From assembly GCA_026387835.1 (NCBI GenBank), contig JAPLKZ010000013.1, positions 89,254 through 153,253 on the forward strand: a stretch of 64,000 nucleotides of DNA, in the 5' to 3' direction. The translations under genes and the position numbers were made by a program. The DNA comes from Candidatus Saganbacteria bacterium. Lineage in GTDB: Bacteria > Margulisbacteria > WOR-1 > JAKLHX01. This document shows positions 19,377 through 29,429 of the stretch, in pieces (the stretch's first letter is position 1; every line of letters begins with the position of its first letter). Below the pieces are notes generated by a model, which had not been told where the DNA came from, made no database searches, and was given only the letters and a program-made list of their open reading frames with translations.

Positions 19377-19751
19377 ATGTCAAAAAAAATACTTGTGATC
19401 GATGATGAAAATGATGTGGTGGAGATACTCAAGACGATCCTTGAGCATGAAAAATATGAAGTGATAAGCAGTTACGGCGGTGAAGACGGGCTTAAAAAAG
19501 CGATAGCATCTAAGCCCGACCTCATAATCACGGACATAATGATGCCGGGGATGGACGGTTTCGAGTTCGTGCAAAAGCTTAAAGAGAACATGGAGACGTT
19601 CAATATCCCCGTGATCATGCTGACCGCAAAGGACCAGGGAGTTGACAGGGAAAAAGGCCTGGCGCTCGGCGTGATAGCTTACATAGTAAAACTGTTCGAT
19701 CTTGAAGAGCTTATATCCACGGTAAAAGACGCAGTCGAAAAGAAAAAATGA
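19377..19751 (+). CDS. single-domain response regulator (CheY-like receiver)
   Basis: 124 aa from ATG 19377 with RBS gaaaggaag; receiver motifs (ILVIDDE, phospho-acceptor Asp in IITDIMMPGMDG, Lys in AYIVKLF); the longer ORF from 19176 would read through tRNA genes. Confidence 0.8.
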   Translation: MSKKILVIDDENDVVEILKTILEHEKYEVISSYGGEDGLKKAIASKPDLIITDIMMPGMDGFEFVQKLKENMETFNIPVIMLTAKDQGVDREKGLALGVIAYIVKLFDLEELISTVKDAVEKKK

Positions 19752-19763
19752 ATGAGCCGAAGC

Positions 19764-19836
19764 GCTGGCGTAGCTCAGCTGGTAGAGCAGCGGTTTTGTA
19801 AACCGCAGGTCGTCAGTTCAATCCTGACCGCCAGCT
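19764..19836 (+). tRNA. tRNA-Thr (anticodon TGT)
   Basis: Acceptor GCTGGCG/CGCCAGC, anticodon loop TTTGTAA, T-loop TTCAATC. Confidence 0.85.
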
Positions 19837-19873
19837 TTTTTAAAGTCCAAGCTTAATCCTTACAGTTAAGAAT

Positions 19874-20527
19874 ATGAAAATCCATACCATTATTGTCGGC
19901 CCGATACAAACGAACTGCTCTATCATATTTGATGAAGGTTCAAAAGAGGGCATCATAATAGATCCCGGAGAAGAAGCCGAAAAAATACTGTCTTTTGTCA
20001 ACGGCAATTCACTGAAGATCACATCGATAATCGCGACCCACGGCCATTTCGACCATGTGACAGCCGTGTCGGAACTGAAAGAAAAGCTAAAGGCACCTTT
20101 CTCTGTACATAAAAAAGATGCGTTTTTATTGTCGGAAGCGGTTGCTCCTTTCGCGGCGATGCTGGGTTTTAAGGCCGGACGGGCAAAGATCGACAGGCTT
20201 TTGAAGGACCATGACTTGATAGAGTTCAAAAATAACCAGTTCGAGGTCATACACACTCCGGGCCATACGCAGGGTTCGGTCTGTTTCTATAATAGAAAGG
20301 GAAACGTCCTTTTTTCAGGCGACACGCTTTTCAAGGGAGATGTCGGAAGGACGGACCTTCCCGGAGGGTCTACCCGCCAGATAACGCAGTCCGTAAAGAA
20401 AAGGCTTTTCGTGTTGCCTGATGAAACGTTTGTAATACCGGGGCACGGTCAGACAACAAATATCTTGAGCGAGAAGAACGATCCTTATTTAAAAGGGCTG
20501 ATATACGGAGAGAACAGTGGGCAGTAA
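19874..20527 (+). CDS. MBL-fold metallo-hydrolase
   Basis: 217 aa; metal-binding motif ATHGHFDH and downstream His/Asp ligands. Confidence 0.75.
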   Translation: MKIHTIIVGPIQTNCSIIFDEGSKEGIIIDPGEEAEKILSFVNGNSLKITSIIATHGHFDHVTAVSELKEKLKAPFSVHKKDAFLLSEAVAPFAAMLGFKAGRAKIDRLLKDHDLIEFKNNQFEVIHTPGHTQGSVCFYNRKGNVLFSGDTLFKGDVGRTDLPGGSTRQITQSVKKRLFVLPDETFVIPGHGQTTNILSEKNDPYLKGLIYGENSGQ

Positions 20528-21473
20528 GAACATCTTCTTCTTTTACGGTGACGAAGATTATTTGATGGAAGAAGAGATCGACAGGCTGAAAAGCATGATG
20601 ACAACAGAAACCGTCAACATAGCAGTGGAGCGCTTCACGCCGGACGACTGTGATCCCATGAACCTTTTACAGGTCATATTTACTCCTTCGCTCTTTCAAA
20701 ACGAACGTTTGATCGTGGTGTCGGGATACGGCGAAGAAGATTACCTGGAAATATTAAACGGCGCGGAAAACATCCCTTCGGGCATCATATTGGTCATCAC
20801 AGAGAAAAAAACCGATAAAAGGACAAAGTTCTTCAAGGAAGTCCAGAAAAGAGCTGTAGTGAAAGAGTTCAAGGCTTTTGCGCAGTGGGAGACGGCAAAG
20901 ATTATCTCCCGGATCATCTCAAGATCATCGGCTTCTAGCAAAAAGATGGATGAAAAAACAGCTGCTTTGCTGAACGAGGTGTCAGGGCCTTCGCTCAGGC
21001 AGCTCGCTTCCGAGATCGAGAAACTCTCCACTTACGCCGGAGGAAGAGACAGTATAACTTCAGAGGACGTGAGGCGCCTCGCGGTATCGGGAGAGCTCGG
21101 GGCTTTTGCCGTAGAGAACGCGCTGGCTTCAAGAGATATCAAAGGCGCGTTAAGTGCTTTGACGGTCCTGATGAGGTCAAAAGAACGGGCCGAAGCGATA
21201 CTGGGAAGGATCGCTTCAAGGATCAGGACCTATCTGATGATAAAAAGCCTGCAAAGCGCGGGAAGATCAAGGGACGAGATCATAAAGAGGATGGGGATGA
21301 ACCCTTATTATTTTGAAAGATGCGAAGACGGCGCGTCGTCTTACTGCTTGGACGAACTTTGCGCGGCGGTCAACAAGCTGTCAAAAGCCGATCTCGACCT
21401 TAAGACCACAATGAAGCCCGCGGATGTCGTCATGCAGCTGCTGATCACGGATATACTGGCAAAAGGGGACTGA
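20517..21473 (+). CDS. holA: DNA polymerase III delta subunit
   Basis: 318 aa; delta-subunit-like sequence; identification by overall resemblance. Confidence 0.65.
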   Translation: MGSKNIFFFYGDEDYLMEEEIDRLKSMMTTETVNIAVERFTPDDCDPMNLLQVIFTPSLFQNERLIVVSGYGEEDYLEILNGAENIPSGIILVITEKKTDKRTKFFKEVQKRAVVKEFKAFAQWETAKIISRIISRSSASSKKMDEKTAALLNEVSGPSLRQLASEIEKLSTYAGGRDSITSEDVRRLAVSGELGAFAVENALASRDIKGALSALTVLMRSKERAEAILGRIASRIRTYLMIKSLQSAGRSRDEIIKRMGMNPYYFERCEDGASSYCLDELCAAVNKLSKADLDLKTTMKPADVVMQLLITDILAKGD

Positions 21474-21477
21474 ACAC

Positions 21478-23166
21478 ATGGAAAACAAAAGGGCCGTATA
21501 TCTATTAATGGCATTTATCTTCTTTTTTCTCTGCATCGCGGCAAAACTGTCGTACCTGCAGTTGTTCAGGCACGCCGATTTTGAAGAAATGTCGCTTGAT
21601 CAGCACATGAGGATAATCGAACTGTCACCGGACAGGGGGGATATCTGCGACAGGAACGGAAATATCCTGGCCACATCGGTCGACAGGTGGTCGGTCTATG
21701 TAAGGCCGAAAGCGATAAAGGACAAGGGCGCCATAATAAGGCAATTGTCGGAGATATTTCCCGAAGAAAAAGCTTTGATATCGGCAAAGATGAACGGGAC
21801 GGCCAATTTCTGGCTTAAAAGAAAAGCCGATAAAATATTTTCAGATAAAGTCCGGGCTTTAGGATGCACGGGGATAGACATAACGATGGAAAAGAAAAGG
21901 ATCTATCCCAAAGGGAAGCTTGCCTCGCAGCTTATAGGGTTTGCCGGGCTCGACAATCAGGGATTATCCGGGATAGAGATAGGATTTGAAGACAGTCTGA
22001 AGGGAAAAGCGGGCAGGCTGCTTTTTGAAAAAGATATGGCGGGAAGGCAGATCGCTACCGGTAGTTTCAGACAGCTTGAGATGCCGGAAGAAGGCATGAA
22101 CGTCTATCTCACGATCGATGAAGCGATCCAGCACATCGCGCAGGTGTCATTGAAAGAAGCCGTAACGGGCAGCGGGGCTGTTTCCGGTTCGATCATTGTT
22201 GTCGATGTCAGGACCGGGGAAATACTGGCGATAGCCGGTTATCCGGATTTTGACCCGAACGATTATTCAAAATATCCGGACGAGAGCAGAAAACTGCCTC
22301 CCGTGACGAATATCTATGAACCGGGCTCTACTTTCAAGATAATAACGGCCTGCGCCGGAATAGAAGAAAATGTCGTAAGTCCGGATTCTGTCATCCCGAC
22401 GCCGGCGCAGATAAAAGTCGAGGGAATAAAAGTGAACAATTCCCATCCCGTAAGATATTACGGAAAAAAATCCAAGACTTTTGCTGACGTGATCGCCGAA
22501 TCCATCAACACCGGTACTTCATATGTCGGACTAAAGCTGGGGTTTGGCAGGTTCTATAAATACATAACCGCTTTTGGCTTCGGTACAAAGACCGGGATAG
22601 ATTATCCCGGTGAAGTGAGAGGTTTTGTCAGATCACCGGAAAACCGGGAAAGCGGGGATGTCGTCACATACACTTTCGGGCAATCGATCGCCGTCACGCC
22701 TATCCAGCTCGTCTATGCTATCGCCGCGATAGCCAATGATGGTATCAGGGTAAAGCCAAAGATAATAAAGAGGATCGAAAGTCCCGATAAGAACGTGATC
22801 CGCTCGGACGTCCCGGAGGAATTAGGCAGGGTCATCTCAAAAGAGACCGTAAAAAAAGTAAATGAACTTATGAAAGGCGTCGTTTACATGGACCACGGGA
22901 CAGGGCACAAGGCAAAGATGGCGCAGTTTACGGTCGCCGCAAAGAGCGGCACCGCACAAATATCCGTCCCCGGGAAAGGATATCTCAAGGGCCGGTTCGT
23001 AGCTTCTTTCGTGGGATTCATCCCTGCGGACAGACCGAGGATCGCGATGCTGATAATAATAAACAAGCCGAGCACGTCGAACTGGGGGGCGGTCGTCGCG
23101 GCGCCGGTATTTAAAGAAGTCGGAGAATTTGCCCTGAGATATTTGAACGTAGCTCCTGACCTGTGA
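21478..23166 (+). CDS. penicillin-binding protein (class B transpeptidase, FtsI/PBP2-like)
   Basis: 562 aa; N-terminal membrane anchor, active-site STFK and KSGT motifs. Confidence 0.85.
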   Translation: MENKRAVYLLMAFIFFFLCIAAKLSYLQLFRHADFEEMSLDQHMRIIELSPDRGDICDRNGNILATSVDRWSVYVRPKAIKDKGAIIRQLSEIFPEEKALISAKMNGTANFWLKRKADKIFSDKVRALGCTGIDITMEKKRIYPKGKLASQLIGFAGLDNQGLSGIEIGFEDSLKGKAGRLLFEKDMAGRQIATGSFRQLEMPEEGMNVYLTIDEAIQHIAQVSLKEAVTGSGAVSGSIIVVDVRTGEILAIAGYPDFDPNDYSKYPDESRKLPPVTNIYEPGSTFKIITACAGIEENVVSPDSVIPTPAQIKVEGIKVNNSHPVRYYGKKSKTFADVIAESINTGTSYVGLKLGFGRFYKYITAFGFGTKTGIDYPGEVRGFVRSPENRESGDVVTYTFGQSIAVTPIQLVYAIAAIANDGIRVKPKIIKRIESPDKNVIRSDVPEELGRVISKETVKKVNELMKGVVYMDHGTGHKAKMAQFTVAAKSGTAQISVPGKGYLKGRFVASFVGFIPADRPRIAMLIIINKPSTSNWGAVVAAPVFKEVGEFALRYLNVAPDL

Positions 23167-23183
23167 TATACTTTATTTGAAAA

Positions 23184-24161
23184 ATGTCCAGAATTTTATC
23201 GGGAATACAGCCTTCCGGAAAGCTCCATCTCGGGAACCTGATAGGAGCGCTTTCAAACTGGGTCAAACTTCAGCATGAGCACGAATCTTTTTTTGAGATA
23301 GCCGATCTCCACGCTCTGACGACCGGATATCTCGATATCTCGGAACTGAAGGACAATATAAAAGAGCTTGCGATCGACATGGTTTCTGCTGGACTTGACC
23401 CCAATGTCTGTTCAATATTCATCCAGTCAGAGATCCCGGAGCACAGCGAGCTCCATCTGCTCTTCTCGATGATAACTCCTATTTCCTGGCTTGAAAGGGT
23501 CCCGACGTATAAGAGCAAGATAGAGGAATTAAAAGGTGTTGACCTCGGAACGTACGGATTTTTGGGATATCCCGTGCTTCAGGCGGCGGACATCCTAATA
23601 TATAAAGCCGACCTTGTACCTGTCGGCCAGGACCAGCTTCCTCATCTCGAGCTGACAAGGGAGATCGCAAGAAGGTTCAACAATCTTTACGGGAATGTTT
23701 TCCCTGAGCCGAAGGAACAGATGACGAATGTTCCTGTTATGCCCGGACTTGACGGACTGAAAATGAGCAAAAGTTACGGGAACACGATAGCTATCTCCGA
23801 CCCTCCTGAAACGATAAGGCGGAAAGTCAGCACGATGATAACAGATCCCGCCAGGATCAAAAAGGACGATCCGGGGCACCCGGAAGTCTGCGCGGTTTTT
23901 TCTTATCACAAGATCTATTCTCTGCCTGATGCGGCGTCGATCGCTTCATCGTGCAAAAAAGGTTCGATAGGCTGCGTAGAATGCAAAAAGGCGCTCGCGG
24001 AGAAGATAATCAGCTCGCTGTCGCAGATACATAAAAAAAGAAAAGAACTTGAATCCGACCCGAAAAAAATAGATGCTATCCTTGAAAAAGGACGCTTAAA
24101 AGCTTCAAAGGTCGCCAAGGCGACACTGGACGAGGCAAAACACGCGATGGGGCTTAAGTGA
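23184..24161 (+). CDS. trpS: tryptophanyl-tRNA synthetase
   Basis: 325 aa; class I motifs (GIQPSGKLHLGN, KMSKS). Confidence 0.9.
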   Translation: MSRILSGIQPSGKLHLGNLIGALSNWVKLQHEHESFFEIADLHALTTGYLDISELKDNIKELAIDMVSAGLDPNVCSIFIQSEIPEHSELHLLFSMITPISWLERVPTYKSKIEELKGVDLGTYGFLGYPVLQAADILIYKADLVPVGQDQLPHLELTREIARRFNNLYGNVFPEPKEQMTNVPVMPGLDGLKMSKSYGNTIAISDPPETIRRKVSTMITDPARIKKDDPGHPEVCAVFSYHKIYSLPDAASIASSCKKGSIGCVECKKALAEKIISSLSQIHKKRKELESDPKKIDAILEKGRLKASKVAKATLDEAKHAMGLK

Positions 24162-24988
24162 TGGAAAACATAGATATCCAAAATATCCCTCCGGGGTTAC
24201 AGACGGTCAAAATGCCGGATATCACAACGATACCGTCAGATATGCTTGAAGCGCATGAAGGCACCGGCGCTTTTACCGTGACGCTTCCGATCTTTGAAGG
24301 GCATTTTGACGCCCTTCTTGACATGTTAGAAAAAAAGAAGATGGATATCTGCGATATCAGCCTGACCGATATCACGCGCCAGTACCTGGAATACCTTTCC
24401 CTGGCGCAGTCCCTCAACCTGTCTTTTGCTTCGGAGTTCCTGGTCATTGCCGCATATCTGTTGGAACAAAAATCGAGGGCCGTGCTGCCGAAAGAGGAAG
24501 AAGAGCAGGAAGAAGAGGAAAAGATCGGGACATCTCTGGTGGACCATCTGATGCAGTACAGGGTGTTCAAGAGCATCTCGCAATCGTTGAAAGAGAAAAA
24601 AGAACTGTTCTCCAGGATATTCCACCGTTCCAAGGGAGAGCAGGGTCCTTCGGGCGAGAGGAATTACGTTTTGAGGGACCTCGGAGTGGAAGACCTGGTC
24701 AGCGCTTTCAGGAAGATCTGGCTTGAAGTCAGGGAACGCGGCGAAGAATTCGAAATAGCGGATGATGTGATGACCGTCGGTGACAAGATAAAGGAGATAA
24801 CCGGACTTCTTTCGGCTGCGACAGAAGGGGTTGTCTTTGAAGCGCTGTTCAGGACAAAGACAAGGCTTGAAGTGATAATAACGTTCCTGGCGCTGCTTGA
24901 GATGATAAGATCAAAGGCCGTTATCATAAAGCAGGAAAAGATGTTCGGGCAGATAATGATAATACCGGCGGGAGTGGAGTCTTTATGA
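24158..24988 (+). CDS. scpA: segregation and condensation protein A
   Basis: 276 aa; ScpA-like N-terminus (FEGHFDALLDMLEKKKMDICDISLTDITRQYLEY); overlaps trpS stop; precise start uncertain. Confidence 0.7.
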   Translation: MMENIDIQNIPPGLQTVKMPDITTIPSDMLEAHEGTGAFTVTLPIFEGHFDALLDMLEKKKMDICDISLTDITRQYLEYLSLAQSLNLSFASEFLVIAAYLLEQKSRAVLPKEEEEQEEEEKIGTSLVDHLMQYRVFKSISQSLKEKKELFSRIFHRSKGEQGPSGERNYVLRDLGVEDLVSAFRKIWLEVRERGEEFEIADDVMTVGDKIKEITGLLSAATEGVVFEALFRTKTRLEVIITFLALLEMIRSKAVIIKQEKMFGQIMIIPAGVESL

Positions 24989-25545
24989 GCGGCGTAAACA
25001 GCCGGACAAAGGATATAATCGAATCCCTTCTGTTCATATCCAAAAGACCGCTTTCCGCCGATGAGATGGACGAGATCTGCGGTCTCGGCAAAGAAGAGAT
25101 AGAAAAAAACCTGGGCGAATTGACGGAGGAATACGCCTCAAGGGGCCTGCAGATAATAAAACTGGCGCACGGATATGTGCTTGCGACAAGACCAGAGTAC
25201 AGCAGCTTCATCGAAAAATATCTTAACAGCCCTCTTTCGATAAGCCTGTCCCCCCAGGCGATCGAGGCGCTTTCGATAATCGCCTACAAGCAGCCGGTCA
25301 CAAAGCTCGAGGTGGAAAATATCAGGGGTGTCATGTGTGACGCGGTGATAAACACCCTGCTTGAAAAACGCCTGATAAAAGAAGCGGGAAGATCTGACCA
25401 GGTCGGGAGACCCATCCTTTACGTGACGACGATAGAGTTCCTGAAGCATTTCGGGCTTCACGACCTCGGCGAGCTCCCGAAGGTCGATCTTGAAGAGATC
25501 GCGGCACAGACGCATATCATGTCCGACGCGCAGCCCGGACTTTAA
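24985..25545 (+). CDS. scpB: segregation and condensation protein B
   Basis: 186 aa; ScpB winged-helix features (IIESLLFIS..., ALSIIAYKQPVTKLEVENIRGV). Confidence 0.8.
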   Translation: MSGVNSRTKDIIESLLFISKRPLSADEMDEICGLGKEEIEKNLGELTEEYASRGLQIIKLAHGYVLATRPEYSSFIEKYLNSPLSISLSPQAIEALSIIAYKQPVTKLEVENIRGVMCDAVINTLLEKRLIKEAGRSDQVGRPILYVTTIEFLKHFGLHDLGELPKVDLEEIAAQTHIMSDAQPGL

Positions 25546-25562
25546 GCAGGACGGTAACGTAA

Positions 25563-26255
25563 ATGAAAGAAGAAAAAAACCGTATCGGCAGGGTATTAAA
25601 GAGCGCAAGGCTTGAAAAAGGCATCACGCTGGAAAAAGCCTCAAAGGACACCAAGATAACCCAGAAATATCTGAAGTCGATCGAAGATGAACAGTTCTTG
25701 AATATTCCCGGAGAGGTGGTGCTGAAAGGTTTCCTGAGGATCTATGCGGATTACCTTAAGATAGATCCGGGCCCGTTGATAAGCGAGCTTTCGAAAAAGA
25801 TCAAGAAAGAACCGAAGGCTGAGATAAAAGATCAGCCCGTACAAAAAAAAGCCGATATTATTCCTCTTCTGAAAAACGCCATGATAGTGCTGTCGGCGGT
25901 TGCCGCGGCAGTGGTCATTATAATGGTGCTGAGGTCTCTTATACTGGTATCGGTAAGAACAGCGGATATCCGGCCTGCAGATAAAACGGGGACTTCGGAT
26001 ATTTCAAAAAAGATCTCCGGTTCCGTGGAGATCGAAGCCCGGATAATCGAAAAAACATGGATAATGGTCCTGTCAGACGGGAAAATGGTATTCAAGGATG
26101 TCGTCTTAAAAGGGCAGTCATTTTCGTGGAAAGCCAAGGATAGACTGCTGATAAAAATAGGCAATGCCGCAGGTGTTCACTTGTCGTCAAAAGGGAAAGT
26201 CGTCTTAGCGCCCGGGCCGAGGGGAAGCGTCATCACAAAAGAGTTCTCAAGATGA
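25563..26255 (+). CDS. rodZ: RodZ-like protein (HTH domain, TM segment, C-terminal DUF4115-like domain)
   Basis: 230 aa; N-terminal HTH (IGRVLKSARLEKGITLEKASKDTKI), one TM helix, C-terminal beta-rich domain. Confidence 0.6.
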   Translation: MKEEKNRIGRVLKSARLEKGITLEKASKDTKITQKYLKSIEDEQFLNIPGEVVLKGFLRIYADYLKIDPGPLISELSKKIKKEPKAEIKDQPVQKKADIIPLLKNAMIVLSAVAAAVVIIMVLRSLILVSVRTADIRPADKTGTSDISKKISGSVEIEARIIEKTWIMVLSDGKMVFKDVVLKGQSFSWKAKDRLLIKIGNAAGVHLSSKGKVVLAPGPRGSVITKEFSR

Positions 26256-27010
26256 GTATTTCAAGCGGTTATATTTCTTCGATATTCCAGAGCATACAGG
26301 GAGAAGGCGTCTATATCGGTGAAAGGCAGGTCTTTGTAAGGTTCTTAGGATGCAATCTATCATGCGCGTATTGCGATGAACAGGAAGCCCGGATCATAAA
26401 TGACAAGGACGGCCGGCCGCGGAAATGCCAGATCAAAGCGGATAAAAAAACGGAACAAGCCGATAATCCCGTAACAGCGGACGCAGCGCTGCAGTTCATT
26501 GAAAATTTTCTTTCAAAAAAAAATCTCTTCCATTCGGTATGTCTTACCGGAGGAGAACCCCTGCTGCAGGTTGATTTTCTAAAAGATCTTCTGCCTAAAA
26601 TAAAGCACAAAAAATATCTTGAGACGAACGGCGTCCTTTTTGAGAACCTCAGAGAGATGATCGGTCTTACGGACATTATAGCGATGGATTTCAAGCTGCC
26701 TTCCGCAACCAGGGCGGGGTCATATTTCGAGGACCACAGGCGGTTCATCAGAGTAGCCAGGGCAAAGGAACTGTTCATCAAGGCGGTTTTTTCAAAAGAG
26801 ACCACGGCCAAGGAGATCGACGATATCTCGCGCGTGATCTCAGAAGAAGGCAGTGATATTCCTCTCGTGCTGCAGCCTGTAACACCGAGCAGGGATTACA
26901 GGTCCCCGGCCTCAGCTGAACAGTGCCTGGCGTTCCAGGCCATAGCAAAAAGGAATTTGGACAAAGTACTCGTCATCCCGCAGACGCACAAGATCCTTGG
27001 ACTTGATTAG
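26252..27010 (+). CDS. queE: 7-carboxy-7-deazaguanine synthase-like radical SAM protein
   Basis: 252 aa; IFQSIQGEGVYIGERQVFVRFLGCNLSCAYCDE cluster motif, LTGGEPL. Confidence 0.7.
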   Translation: MSISSGYISSIFQSIQGEGVYIGERQVFVRFLGCNLSCAYCDEQEARIINDKDGRPRKCQIKADKKTEQADNPVTADAALQFIENFLSKKNLFHSVCLTGGEPLLQVDFLKDLLPKIKHKKYLETNGVLFENLREMIGLTDIIAMDFKLPSATRAGSYFEDHRRFIRVARAKELFIKAVFSKETTAKEIDDISRVISEEGSDIPLVLQPVTPSRDYRSPASAEQCLAFQAIAKRNLDKVLVIPQTHKILGLD

Positions 27011-28422
27011 CGGGCAGTCCTTCTGCTCAGAGACGCGGTTATCGCCGAAAGGTGCTGAATGTCACGGTTCCTGTTGGGATCAAAGCTGATCTTCTGGAGA
27101 GATCTCAGCAGTTCAAGCTTGTATATCGCGGTATCAAGAGCCAGTTTCTCAAGCCCCGTCTCGATCCATTTTATCCCTTCTTTAGGTATATCGTAGCCCA
27201 GCGTGTTGGATTTTTTAGTTAGTCTTGATATTTCTTTTGAGGCGACATCGAATTCGCGGGACGAGGTCGTAAGGATCCTGTTAAGATGGGACTGTTTGAG
27301 CATCGATATTATCTTAAGCCAGGCTATGCGGCGCGACTGCGTCCTGATGTTGTCGATATTTTCTTTTTCCATTCCCCTGTCCTTCAGGGTGTTTTCGAGC
27401 CTCCGGACCGTTACTCTTTCAGGAACCGCTTTAAAAATGTTGTCTTCGAGGAAAAGTTTTGTATGAGAAGTGCGGAGGTCGCCGACAACTACTGAGATGT
27501 CTTTCATCTGCGGCAGGTCGAAAAGATGAAAATACATATCGGCATTTTCCAGCCGGTTGATATGCACATTATCGCCCAGGAACATTTTCATCATCGAATC
27601 GATGTCAAGATTGAGATGTTCCGCGAGCTGGGCGAGGTCCGAGATATCAAGATTGTTCAGGATGACGGCCCTTTCGCTGAGCGAGATCGACTCTTTTTCG
27701 AGCGCGTTCAGGATATCGATGATAGATCTCGGATTTTTGGCATTGATTATCCAGTCTGACATGTGCAGGGTGCCGCTTGCGGAGCTGAAAAATTTATCTT
27801 TGATCAGTTTAAGGAATCTTTCTTTGATCATATCGAGGGTCTTTTGGTCGAGGTATTCCAGGTCGATCCCGATCAATCCGCCTTTCATAAGCGCTTCTTT
27901 CACGGCTGCCAGGCGGATCGTAACATTGTCCAGCTCGTCCTTAGGCCGCTGCATTACCATCTTTGCGGTAAGCGCCACATAATCTTTAAGAAGGGTCTCC
28001 TCGATGATCTTCGCTTTTTCCGTAAAGCTGATGTATTCCGCCGCGGCGGAAAGGCCTCCCGTTTCTCCGGGTGCTTTCGTTTCGCTCTCCTCCTCTTTTT
28101 TCTCCCCTTCCTTTTTCGGCCTTTTTTTCTCGGCCTTCTTGACCACGGAATCAAGCCTGCGCTCCGAGATCTTTGCTAATTCCTGTTGGTAAAACATTTC
28201 TTCTTCATGGGGTTTTCTCTGGCGTTTTGAGTTCACCTCGGAGACGCCGTCCGAAGAGATCATCTCTATCAGCAGGTCTTTGAATTTGGCCTTCGGATCG
28301 TTGTCCGGAGGCACCGCGTTCGGTTCGGTCCTCGCTTTCCTGTCAAATCCCGTGGAAAGTATACCGCCTGTCCCCGCGGCCGCGGCCTGCTGGTTGGAAG
28401 AAGGAAGCCCCTCTATTGGCAT
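27007..28422 (-). CDS. hypothetical protein (471 aa) with Lys/Glu-rich low-complexity N-terminal region
   Basis: Long ORF with no recognised domain; convergent with queE, divergent from the DGR target gene. Confidence 0.5.
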   Translation of the reverse strand: MPIEGLPSSNQQAAAAGTGGILSTGFDRKARTEPNAVPPDNDPKAKFKDLLIEMISSDGVSEVNSKRQRKPHEEEMFYQQELAKISERRLDSVVKKAEKKRPKKEGEKKEEESETKAPGETGGLSAAAEYISFTEKAKIIEETLLKDYVALTAKMVMQRPKDELDNVTIRLAAVKEALMKGGLIGIDLEYLDQKTLDMIKERFLKLIKDKFFSSASGTLHMSDWIINAKNPRSIIDILNALEKESISLSERAVILNNLDISDLAQLAEHLNLDIDSMMKMFLGDNVHINRLENADMYFHLFDLPQMKDISVVVGDLRTSHTKLFLEDNIFKAVPERVTVRRLENTLKDRGMEKENIDNIRTQSRRIAWLKIISMLKQSHLNRILTTSSREFDVASKEISRLTKKSNTLGYDIPKEGIKWIETGLEKLALDTAIYKLELLRSLQKISFDPNRNRDIQHLSAITASLSRRTAR

Positions 28423-28506
28423 AAAAGATCCCCGTTTCGAAAATTATACACCATCAGGTGGAAATAGGGTATAGGGCGAAGAAATGACTAATTAATGGAT
28501 TATATA

Positions 28507-28520
28507 AGCAGCAAGCAGTC
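28507..28520 (+). repeat. AGCAGCAAGCAGTC motif (copy 1), followed by an imperfect palindrome
   Basis: Related copies at 30394-30428 and 31141-31171. Confidence 0.5.
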
Positions 28521-28625
28521 AGCCCGCCTGCAACGCTTTGCGTAGCAATGCGGGCAGGCAGAACGCGGTACGTGCCGAGAGCATGTCAAGCATCCAAACA
28601 TTATACCCCCCCCTCCCCACATAAT

Positions 28626-28670
28626 AAAATTCAGTGAAATTCCCAATATTTCCATTCGATACATATATAG
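28626..28670 (+). promoter_or_regulatory. conserved upstream element (copy 3 of 3), AAAATTCAGTGAAATT-N15-CGATAC-N2-ATATAG
   Basis: Same architecture as 3515-3558; ends 26 nt upstream of ATG 28697. Confidence 0.4.
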
Positions 28671-28696
28671 ATGAAAATACCGAAAGGAGAAAAGTG

Positions 28697-29359
28697 ATGA
28701 ATAATATTAGAGGGATCATGCGTGGATGGACAAACGAAGGAAGACCGGCAACATGGGCGAATGTAAGAAATGCAATAGCGAATCAGACCGCGTGTTCTGT
28801 GGTTGTATCATCAGGATTGGGGCCGATCTTATCGCTTACAAGGCGGAGGGTGGAAGAAGGCCCCGTACAAAAACTTGCGCGGACTGCAACCCCTGCTTTT
28901 GATGTGGCAAAGTTCATGGAAGCCCACAATTTTATCGATGTTCCCGAAAGACCTTTTAGAATAATGGCAGACGAGCTTTCGGTAGGGCTATTCAACCGAT
29001 TTGTTAAAAGCACACAATACGAAATTATAGGCCATAATGCGGATTCTTTAAAAGGAGTTCTTGCCGGAACAGATCGACGCAGTATAGCAACATATTTAAG
29101 CTGGAATGACGGCACGGCTTATGCTAAATGGCTGAGCGCAGTAACTGGCAAAAGCATTATGCTTCCAACAGAGAAGAAATGGTTAGACGCCGTTGACAAA
29201 GTCCGAGATCAACTATCTGGGAACAATTGGGAATGGACGAAAACCCCATATTCCAGCAACGCCTTTGTTCTCCATCACCTGAACAATTCGCTCCGTTTCA
29301 ACTGCATCCCTGGGAATCGTTTTAACTTCAATGCGGTCCGTCTTGTTGAGGACAAATAA
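28697..29359 (+). CDS. DGR target-type protein with FGE/C-type-lectin-like fold and Asn-rich C-terminal VR-like segment
   Basis: Motifs ...LSWNDGTAYAKWLS...LPTEKKWLDAV...GNNWEWTKTP...NSLRFNCIPGNRFNFNAVRLV; RBS aaaggagaaaag; GTG at 28634 is an alternative upstream start. Confidence 0.65.
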   Translation: MNNIRGIMRGWTNEGRPATWANVRNAIANQTACSVVVSSGLGPILSLTRRRVEEGPVQKLARTATPAFDVAKFMEAHNFIDVPERPFRIMADELSVGLFNRFVKSTQYEIIGHNADSLKGVLAGTDRRSIATYLSWNDGTAYAKWLSAVTGKSIMLPTEKKWLDAVDKVRDQLSGNNWEWTKTPYSSNAFVLHHLNNSLRFNCIPGNRFNFNAVRLVEDK

Positions 29360-29429
29360 ATTATCCTTTGCTCTTTTATTCTTTTACTCTTTGAGTGGGA
29401 TGGGGTGGCCAGGAGTTTGAGGGAAATAA

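Noticed and set aside
19260-19836. Two tRNA-Thr genes as attachment-site duplication of an integrated element
   Set aside because: They are distinct isoacceptors (CGT and TGT), so both are probably functional; mentioned only as context.
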